From the NCBI RefSeq assembly GCF_000981785.2, contig NZ_CP011304.1:3780001-3812000 (forward strand): DNA of 32,000 nt, read 5' to 3'. Shown one piece after another: positions 25,599 to 32,000 of the stretch; the first letter of the stretch is position 1; every line of letters begins with the position of its first letter. This stretch comes from Microcystis aeruginosa NIES-2549. Lineage in GTDB: Bacteria > Cyanobacteriota > Cyanobacteriia > Cyanobacteriales > Microcystaceae. The position numbers were made by a program, and so were the translations under genes. The notes beneath the pieces were generated by a model that saw nothing but the letters and a program-made list of their open reading frames with translations, had not been told where the DNA came from and did not search any database.

Positions 25599-26426
25599 AT
25601 GCTCTCCCAGTGGGAATGTTTACTAAAAAATCTCGGTCAATGGCAAGGTTCTTTTACCCGTCTGTCTCCCCAAGGCGATCTGCTCGAAGATACCCCGACT
25701 TTGGTATCTTTGCAAGGCATTAATAATAATCGCTCGATTCGTCAATTGGTCCGCCGTCTCTACAGCGATCGAGCGCCAGAAGATTTGATTTTAGAGTATA
25801 GTTCTCTCCATCAGGGTATTCTATTTAGCCAGACGGGAGCTTTTTGTCAAGGTTCTTTATATTTTAGTAGTTTTTCCTCACAATTCGGGGCAGAATTTGG
25901 GTTAATCTCCGGAGAAAGACGATTAAGAATGGTACAGTTATTTAATGAACGCTGTGAGTTCGATCGCTTGACTTTAATTCGGGAAAAGTTAGTGGATTCT
26001 CAGTCACCAGAAAGACCGATGTTAACGGTGGAGCAATTACTGGGTCAATGGCGGGGACAAGCGGTGACAACGGGACGGGATTTTTATAATTCTGCTGCCT
26101 ATTCTACCCATGTATCGATCGAGCGTCAGGGGGATAATTATCTCTCGCAAACTTTGACTTTTGGCGATAATCAAATTACTTCTAGCGCTCGGATTGAGGG
26201 ACAAAGATTGTTGTTTGAAAATAGTCCGCTGCCGGTGCAAATCCTGCTGCTACCCGATGGTTCTTCCTGTAATACACCTCTGAAAATTACTGCCGGTCAT
26301 CCTTTTGTTTTAGAGGCTGGTTGGTTACTTTCTCCTACTCAAAGACAGCGCTTAATTCGTTCTTATGATGATAAGGGAGAATGGACAGGTATTACTCTGG
26401 TGACGGAGGAAAAAGAAAGCTATTAG
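25599..26426 (+). CDS. Conserved hypothetical protein, probably DUF3598 family
   Basis: The N-terminus [28 protein letters not shown] matches my recollection of the cyanobacterial/plant DUF3598 start. I chose the ATG at 25599 because the longer track ORF would overlap the panD start. Confidence 0.55.
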   Translation: MLSQWECLLKNLGQWQGSFTRLSPQGDLLEDTPTLVSLQGINNNRSIRQLVRRLYSDRAPEDLILEYSSLHQGILFSQTGAFCQGSLYFSSFSSQFGAEFGLISGERRLRMVQLFNERCEFDRLTLIREKLVDSQSPERPMLTVEQLLGQWRGQAVTTGRDFYNSAAYSTHVSIERQGDNYLSQTLTFGDNQITSSARIEGQRLLFENSPLPVQILLLPDGSSCNTPLKITAGHPFVLEAGWLLSPTQRQRLIRSYDDKGEWTGITLVTEEKESY

Positions 26427-26523
26427 CCGTCAGCCCCCGGCTAGATTGATAATAAAAAGAAAATTCACTAATTACACTGAAAAATATCGGGTTTCTCCTA
26501 AAGATGAATTATAACTGGATTTT

Positions 26524-26655
26524 TTGTGTGATAAGTTTAACTTATATAGTAGCGCTCGATCTTTGTGTCCTTTGTGTCTCTGTGGTTCGTTCCACTCACT
26601 CGTCCGCAAGACTGTATCCTAGCATACATTTTACCCAGCAAACCTGGGAGAGCCG
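26524..26655 (+). repeat. Dispersed repeat family C (copy 2)
   Basis: Aligns with 22541-22634 and contains an extra ~37 nt (about 26593-26629) that copy 1 lacks. Confidence 0.75.
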
Positions 26656-27089
26656 ATAACTGCTCTCAGAAGCTGAATGCTAAGGGCTGCTTTATATAAG
26701 CAAAATTTATCAAAATCCCAATATACTTGAGAAGATTTAAATTTACATTCCTTAATCTTTACTTTTCTTAAAAAATAATTGAGAAAAATTCCTATTTGTC
26801 AACGAGATTGCAATAGTTACAGCCCGCTGCTAAAATCTAAGAATTGGGTTACTTTGTGCATTTTTAGGCCTTGTGCCTTGAAACCCTTGCTAAGTCTAGG
26901 ATTACTAATTCGTCCCCAGGAAAAACTTGCTAATTGCTCCTTTGACGAAAAAGATCTTTTGCCAAAAATATGTGTACTTATGTTAAAACGAAAAAGTTTT
27001 TTTGACAAAATGTACCCGATGTGCTGCGAGGAAAGTCTGCGGGTAAGCTGTTAACTAAGCTGTTAAGCATTTAAATTGCTTGTTGAGAC

Positions 27090-27110
27090 GAGGCAAGAGG
27101 CAAGAGGCAA
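27090..27110. repeat. STRR heptamer array GAGGCAA x3
   Basis: Three exact tandem GAGGCAA units, the reverse complement of the TTGCCTC array at 1296-1323. Confidence 0.85.
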
Positions 27111-27242
27111 CAGTAAAAGGATTGGGGGAGATTCGGCTAATCTTAAGAATAAGTGCTTTAAATGCGTCTTAGCTTATCTAAATTACTGGTTAAGACTGTA
27201 TGAGAGAGGGGAGAAGAACCTGATAAACCAAACGATGCTGAT

Positions 27243-27364
27243 AAGTAGGGAGGCACAATTATTTGTAGGATGGGTTAGCGGTAGCGTAACCGATGCGGGC
27301 GTTGGGTTTCATGCTTCAACCCAACCTAAGTTCTAGGTACTTATTTAATTCCACCCACCTACTT
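27243..27364. mobile_element. MITE-like element, family A (copy 2, inverted relative to copy 1)
   Basis: AAGTAGGGAGGCACAATTATTTGTAGGATGGGTTAGCGGTAGCGTAAC...GCGTTGGGTTTCATGCTTCAACCCAACCTA...CACCCACCTACTT matches the reverse complement of 13884-14010. It ends 8 nt before the Uma2 stop codon. Confidence 0.75.
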
Positions 27365-27372
27365 AGAACAAA

Positions 27373-27948
27373 TTAAACCTTTAGCCAAGCAAAAATATCC
27401 ACTGCTGATATTAGCCAACTTTCTAATCCTTTAATCACCGCTAAAGGCTGATTATTGCCTGCGGTTGCAATATGTACTTTCGGTAATCCTGTTTGAAAAA
27501 CGGTGACTGACTTTGCTGAAGGATCAATCAACCAACCTAATTCTGTTCCTTGTTGTAAACAGAAAATAATCTTTTCCATCACTAAGGTAACAGATTGTTC
27601 AGGAGACATAATTTCAATAATCCAATCGGGATAACTTAAAAATTTATCAGCCATTTCTCCATCTAGATCTCGTGGCAAATTCTCCCAACGAATCACCGCA
27701 ATATCTGGCACAATTGAACGTTCTGCAAAAGTACAACGTAATTCAGGTAGAGCATAAGCTAATTTTAGAGGTTTAGTCTGTTGATTAATGGCAGAGGCTA
27801 ACTCAAATTGTAAGATGCTGTGTTTTCCTTTGGGCATAGGTTTTTGAGTGACAATTCCATGATAATATTCTCTAGCAGGCTTAGTTTCTGGAAGGACAAG
27901 AAATGCTTCGAGGGAAAGGGATTGTTTATCTTCTATTGTGGTAAACAT
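27373..27948 (-). CDS. Uma2 family (DUF820) putative PD-(D/E)xK endonuclease
   Basis: 191 aa with LEAFLVLPETKPAREYYHG, VPDIAVI and the IIEIMSPEQS (E-x-...) motifs, and a C-terminal GTELGWLIDP typical of the family. Confidence 0.8.
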   Translation of the reverse strand: MFTTIEDKQSLSLEAFLVLPETKPAREYYHGIVTQKPMPKGKHSILQFELASAINQQTKPLKLAYALPELRCTFAERSIVPDIAVIRWENLPRDLDGEMADKFLSYPDWIIEIMSPEQSVTLVMEKIIFCLQQGTELGWLIDPSAKSVTVFQTGLPKVHIATAGNNQPLAVIKGLESWLISAVDIFAWLKV

Positions 27949-28014
27949 TGATTGATTTCTCCGCTCTTGAGGTGTTTTCCATTATCAAAGTAGTTTATGG
28001 TTACAGAAAGACGT

Positions 28015-28095
28015 TCATTCCATATATTCTTTTGAGTGGTTTTCTATGAGATACTTGGCATAGTGCAGAAGTTCGTGCTTTAGAGAATCTGGCAT
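28015..28095 (-). CDS. Very short candidate ORF (26 aa), DUF2281-like helix
   Basis: My own translation: MPDSLKHELLHYAKYLIENHSKEYME. The P-D-x-L-x-x-E-L-L-x-(Y/F)-A-x-(Y/F)-L pattern resembles the C-terminal helix of small DUF2281 antitoxin-like proteins. It lies 66 nt upstream of the Uma2 start on the same strand. It could be a remnant or chance. Confidence 0.2.
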   Translation of the reverse strand: MPDSLKHELLHYAKYLIENHSKEYME

Positions 28096-28228
28096 TGTCG
28101 AAACTGTTGGTAAGATTTATGGATCATCTAAATCCTCAGAAAAAGAAACCGCAAAAGTGGGTTAAATTGCTTCCTAGTTACCATTGTAAAATAATTAAGA
28201 GAATTTATTCATAATCAGTCCAATATCT

Positions 28229-29011
28229 TTAACCAAAAAGTAAATTATGGAGGATTTCTAAACGCCGGTCATCTTCACGAACAATAGCACCATAATAATT
28301 TTTCTTATTCTCTAGCCAGAGTAATTCAAACTCGATCGCCTTGGGTAAAGCCAAACTAAAATTATCCAAAGCTTGGGGACAATCAAAGATAACTTTGCGC
28401 GTCTCGAAGCGGTCAAAATGTCCTTGGCAGAACATTTTGAAAAACGGTAAAGAATCTAGTGACACCGCACCCCCAATAGCAACAGTCAAACCGGCAGCCT
28501 TAGCTTTTTTTGCCAAAGATAAAGCCAGATCCAAAACTTGCTTGCTATTCACATCCTGACGGGTTAATCCCAAAGAACAGGCTAAATCCATCCGTCCGAT
28601 GACGATACCATGGAGAGATTTTATCTCTGGAATCGCCAACATTTCCTGAAAATTCTCACAGGCAGTAATCGTTTCGATATTAACCAATAACTCCACATCT
28701 TCCACCCCTTGGTCAGCTAAAACCCTCCTGGCTGCCCGCAGATATTTTTGTAAAGCGTAGGCTGTTTCTACCATGGGAGCAATTAAGCGATCAACTCCTA
28801 AATTAACCGCATCAAAGATATCTCTGATCGCTTCGCAACCGGCGATTTTCAGATTAAAATCTACCCCCGCTTTCAGACTAATTTCTTTCAACCGCATCGC
28901 TTCCGTCAGTCGGGTTCCTTCCGTCTCGAATTCCGCTTTTACCCCTGAAACATGGTGATCTTCCCTGAGTTCTCTTAACAGTTGCACCATTTTTTTTTCT
29001 AAGCAATTCAT
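28229..29011 (-). CDS. HpcH/HpaI aldolase / citrate lyase-like TIM-barrel family protein
   Basis: 260 aa with motifs typical of the PEP-utilising/HpcH fold: APMVETAYAL, LVNIETITACEN, IVIGRMDLACSLGL. The start is ambiguous (ATG at 29011 or the in-frame ATG at 28990), with an A9 run between them. Confidence 0.6.
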   Translation of the reverse strand: MNCLEKKMVQLLRELREDHHVSGVKAEFETEGTRLTEAMRLKEISLKAGVDFNLKIAGCEAIRDIFDAVNLGVDRLIAPMVETAYALQKYLRAARRVLADQGVEDVELLVNIETITACENFQEMLAIPEIKSLHGIVIGRMDLACSLGLTRQDVNSKQVLDLALSLAKKAKAAGLTVAIGGAVSLDSLPFFKMFCQGHFDRFETRKVIFDCPQALDNFSLALPKAIEFELLWLENKKNYYGAIVREDDRRLEILHNLLFG

Positions 29012-29394
29012 GTTTTTAATCGTTCACAATCGTTGACACTCCCGTTGCCTAAAGGTGTGGGGATTCTTGGTTCACCGAGATCACTTGCTTAGACAGAATC
29101 GCTTCTGAAAAAGTAGAGGTATTCTCTCCCCAAGCGTTTATCGGATCTAGCCCGAAAGTTACCGTATGCCCTACGGTACTTAACCCAAATTTTCGGTAAC
29201 TGCTAGATGAGCCTTGTTGATTATAGCCGATCTGCCAAAAGCTAATAGCTAAGGACGAGGAAACCATAAAAATACCCTAAACAAGGGGACAAGAGCGACA
29301 AAATACCGGCATAATGAACAAGGCCGTCTGATTTTTTTCTGGCCACATCCTTTCTATACTACATTCGTAATATAAGTAATTCTCTAGTTAGACT

Positions 29395-31182
29395 ATGCGA
29401 ACTCACTACTGTGGCGACCTTAGCGCGATCGAAATTGAAAAAAGTGTCACCCTCTTCGGTTGGGTCGATCGCCGTCGCGATCACGGTGGCGTTATTTTTA
29501 TTGATCTACGGGATCGCAGTGGTATTGTCCAGATCGTCAGTGATCCCCAACGAACTCCCGCTTCCTATCCCATCGCTGAAACCGTCAGAAACGAGTATGT
29601 TATCAAGGTGACGGGAACAGTCAGTCAACGGCCCCCCGAATCCCTTAACCCGCGCATTGCCACCGGAGAAATCGAAATTTACGCCACTAGCATCGAGATT
29701 CTCAACGGGGTTACTAAACAACTGCCTTTTGTCGTCTCCAGTTCCGAAAGTGAATCAGTCCGGGAAGATGTGCGCTTGCGATACCGCTATCTAGACCTAC
29801 GCCGGGAGCGTATGAGTCAGAATTTACAACTACGTCACCAAGTTGTCAAGGAAATGCGCCGTTTTCTCGAAGATGAACAGCATTTTATCGAAGTGGAAAC
29901 GCCAATTTTAACTCGATCGACTCCCGAAGGGGCGCGGGATTATCTGGTTCCTTCCAGGGTCAGCCCGGGCCAATGGTACGCTTTACCCCAATCACCGCAA
30001 CTATTTAAGCAATTATTAATGGTGTCGGGAATGGATCGCTACTATCAAATCGCCCGCTGTTTCCGCGATGAAGATCTGCGCGCTGATCGTCAACCGGAAT
30101 TTACTCAGTTGGATATGGAGATGAGTTTTCTCTCCTTAAGCGAAATTTTAGCCCTAAATGAGGCTTTGATCGCTCATATCTTCAAAAAAGTCAAAAATAT
30201 CGATATAAGCCTGCCCCTGCCCCGTTTAACATATTCTGAGGCTATGGATCGCTATGGGGTCGATCGCCCCGATACCCGTTTTGGCTTAGAATTGGTCAAT
30301 GTGGCGGAGATTTTTGCCGATTCGGGATTTAAGGTGTTTTCAGGTGCGATCGCTAGTGGTGGGACGGTGAAAGTTTTACCGATTCCCAACGGTAACGAGG
30401 CGATTTCTAACGTCAGAATCAAACCGGGTGGGGATTTATTCAAAGAAGCCACCGATGCGGGGGCGAAGGGAATTGCCTACATCCGCGTGCGCGAGGACTA
30501 CGATTTTGATACCATCGGTGCGATTAAAGATAACCTAACAGAGGCACAAAAACAGGCTTTAATCGAGAAGACTGGCGCAAAACCGGGGCATCTGCTCTTA
30601 TTTGGGGCGGGAGATACCGATACAGTCAATAAATCCCTATCCCGCCTACGCTTAGTTTTAGGGGAACAATTGGGATTAATTGATCCCGAGAAAATCAACC
30701 TCCTCTGGGTGACGGATTTCCCGATGTTTGAATACAACGCCGAGGAAAAACGCCTAGAAGCATTGCATCATCCCTTTACTGCCCCTAATCCCGAAGATTT
30801 AGACGATCTAGCCCAGGCTCGCGCCCTAGCCTACGATATGATTTTTAATGGTATTGAAATCGGTGGCGGCAGTTTGCGGATCTATCAACGGGAAGTACAG
30901 GAAAAAGTCTTCGCTACCATCGGTCTATCCCCAGAGGAAGCCTATAATAAATTCGGCTTTTTGTTAGAAGCTTTTGAATACGGAACCCCTCCCCACGGTG
31001 GCATCGCCTACGGTTTAGATCGCTTGGTGATGTTGTTAGCGGGAGAAGAGTCAATTCGCGATGTGATTGCTTTCCCGAAAACCCAGCAAGCTAGTTGTTT
31101 ACTCACTTCTGCACCTTCAACAGTGGCAGCGAAGCAATTAAAGGAATTATCCGTTGCTTCTACCTACAAACCGCCATCCTAA
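29395..31182 (+). CDS. aspS: Aspartate--tRNA ligase
   Basis: 595 aa with an N-terminal OB anticodon-binding domain ([10 protein letters not shown]) and class II motifs ([34 protein letters not shown]). It has the bacterial-type insertion domain. Confidence 0.95.
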   Translation: MRTHYCGDLSAIEIEKSVTLFGWVDRRRDHGGVIFIDLRDRSGIVQIVSDPQRTPASYPIAETVRNEYVIKVTGTVSQRPPESLNPRIATGEIEIYATSIEILNGVTKQLPFVVSSSESESVREDVRLRYRYLDLRRERMSQNLQLRHQVVKEMRRFLEDEQHFIEVETPILTRSTPEGARDYLVPSRVSPGQWYALPQSPQLFKQLLMVSGMDRYYQIARCFRDEDLRADRQPEFTQLDMEMSFLSLSEILALNEALIAHIFKKVKNIDISLPLPRLTYSEAMDRYGVDRPDTRFGLELVNVAEIFADSGFKVFSGAIASGGTVKVLPIPNGNEAISNVRIKPGGDLFKEATDAGAKGIAYIRVREDYDFDTIGAIKDNLTEAQKQALIEKTGAKPGHLLLFGAGDTDTVNKSLSRLRLVLGEQLGLIDPEKINLLWVTDFPMFEYNAEEKRLEALHHPFTAPNPEDLDDLAQARALAYDMIFNGIEIGGGSLRIYQREVQEKVFATIGLSPEEAYNKFGFLLEAFEYGTPPHGGIAYGLDRLVMLLAGEESIRDVIAFPKTQQASCLLTSAPSTVAAKQLKELSVASTYKPPS

Positions 31183-31183
31183 G

Positions 31184-31213
31184 ATTAGGGTGGGCATTGC
31201 CCACCTAATTTTT
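31184..31213 (+). terminator. Rho-independent terminator after aspS
   Basis: ATTAGGGTGGGC / GCCCACCTAAT form an ~11-bp stem with one bulged G and a 3-nt loop, followed by T5 (31209-31213). It starts 2 nt after the stop codon. Confidence 0.75.
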
Positions 31214-31418
31214 GCAAGTCTGTTGACACCATGCTCTTAAATTCTTTTCTGCCCTGACTTCATCCTCTTTAGCAGTGGCTAAAAATTCCTAGAGTTTAGT
31301 TTTGGGAACTAGGGGAAAAGTGCAGGGTAAGCGCATCTTAACAATCCTTGACAATTGTTAAGCAAAAATCGACCAAATGGGTCGAGTTCGCCCCTACAAA
31401 ATCGACCCGCCTAAGGGC

Positions 31419-31480
31419 GGGAAAGAAAAGAAAAAAGAAAAAATAGGGAATGAGGGTAAAAGGGGAAAAAGGCAAAAGGG
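31419..31480 (+). repeat. Polypurine/polypyrimidine tract
   Basis: 62 nt containing only 4 pyrimidines, including an uninterrupted 25-nt purine run (31419-31443). It abuts the stop codon of the minus-strand FGE-domain gene. Confidence 0.9.
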
Positions 31481-32000
31481 TTAGAGAGTTCTCCCGAAAA
31501 CGCAGACTACCCGAAAACCGTAATTGTTGATGCGGTTGACGCGGCGGAAGTAGTAGTCGTAGCGAATCGCGGAACGGCAGTAAGTAGGATTGTAGCCCCA
31601 GGAACCGCCCCGCAGAGGAGAACGATTATTATTACCATTTTCTATCCAGACACTGCCATCCGTCGGCGCACCGTCATAGTTATCGTGCCAAGTATCGGCG
31701 CACCACTCCCGGACATTGCCGTGCATATCGTACAGTCCAAAGGCGTTTGGGGGAAATTGTCCCACGGGAGTTGTTTGTTGTCGATATTCTCCGTTCGGTT
31801 CATCGGCGTAGGTATTACTGGCATTGTAGTTAGCCAATTCCCCCGTAATGGTTTCCCCAAAGTAAAACGGGGTGGTGGTTCCAGCACGACAGGCGTACTC
31901 CCATTCCGCCTCACTGGGAAGTCGGTATTCCCCTCCCGTTAGTTTAGATAATCTCGCGCAGAACTCGACGGCATCGTACCAGTTGACTTGTTCCACGGGT
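31481..32000 (-). CDS. Formylglycine-generating enzyme (FGE/SUMF1) domain protein, C-terminal part (5' end outside window)
   Basis: FGE-sulfatase domain hallmarks: NWYDAVEFC, RLPSEAEWEYACRAG, GLYDMHGNVREW, RGGSW, GFRVV. The reading frame remains open to the window edge. Confidence 0.8.
   Translation of the reverse strand, partial: PVEQVNWYDAVEFCARLSKLTGGEYRLPSEAEWEYACRAGTTTPFYFGETITGELANYNASNTYADEPNGEYRQQTTPVGQFPPNAFGLYDMHGNVREWCADTWHDNYDGAPTDGSVWIENGNNNRSPLRGGSWGYNPTYCRSAIRYDYYFRRVNRINNYGFRVVCVFGRTL

Noticed and set aside
27028-27037. GAGGAAAGTC, resembling the conserved P4 strand of RNase P RNA (GAGGAAAGUCCGGGC).
   Set aside because: The continuation is TGCGGGTAAGC rather than CGGGCTC. 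None of the other universally conserved RNase P segments (e.g. ACAGAACCCGGCTTA) occurs within several hundred nt.
26779-27336. 91-aa (26779..27054), 63-aa (26817..27008) and 86-aa (27076..27336) ORFs in the gene-free stretch.
   Set aside because: They have Cys/Leu/Lys-rich composition with no motifs. The 86-aa ORF runs through the GAGGCAA heptamers and the family-A MITE.
28119-28214. 31-codon plus-strand ORF (MDHLNPQKKKPQKWVKLLPSYHCKIIKRIYS) in the Uma2-aldolase spacer.
   Set aside because: It has no motif, is lysine-rich and AT-driven in composition, and lies antisense to the direction of both neighbouring genes.

Overview
This is a 32-kb chromosomal window that I infer to be cyanobacterial. 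The grounds are HIP1 octamers (GCGATCGC) inside many genes (e.g. 1648-1655, 5562-5569), heptameric STRR arrays in almost every spacer, an HLIP gene, a PEP-CTERM protein and an NdbB-like NDH-2. The CAGTTAT/ACTGATT repeat repertoire looks Microcystis-like, but I cannot verify that without a database search.

I support 26 protein-coding genes, one gene fragment and one very short candidate ORF. Most genes are housekeeping and functionally unlinked:
- serA (5' end outside the window), prmA, moaE and a B12-binding radical SAM enzyme
- a 47-aa HLIP that the ORF track missed
- icd, valS, purN, a two-domain PPK2 and galE
- cobK, an ArsA/Get3-type ATPase with an HSP20-like tail, panD and aspS

Accessory-looking content:
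- two Uma2 (DUF820) nucleases
- a cell-surface/sugar-modification neighbourhood: galE, a lipoprotein, an FkbM methyltransferase, an MBOAT protein with a membrane-anchored partner and an NDH-2 flavoprotein joined by overlapping stop/start codons, a truncated methyltransferase fragment, an SDR epimerase/dehydratase, and a PEP-CTERM protein carrying a G13 tract
- an orphan HpcH-like aldolase
- an FGE/SUMF1-domain gene that runs off the 3' edge

I found no rRNA, tRNA, CRISPR array, transposase or integrase. Intergenic DNA is dominated by several families of short repeats and MITE-like elements. Several occur twice in the window, and one pair shows a filled versus empty insertion site for a 28-bp perfect palindrome.

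I did not find a convincing novel multi-gene system. The most testable oddities are the translationally coupled MBOAT-partner-NDH-2 trio, the G13 tract and the nested mini-palindrome insertion. All alignments were done by eye, and no database or folding computation was run.
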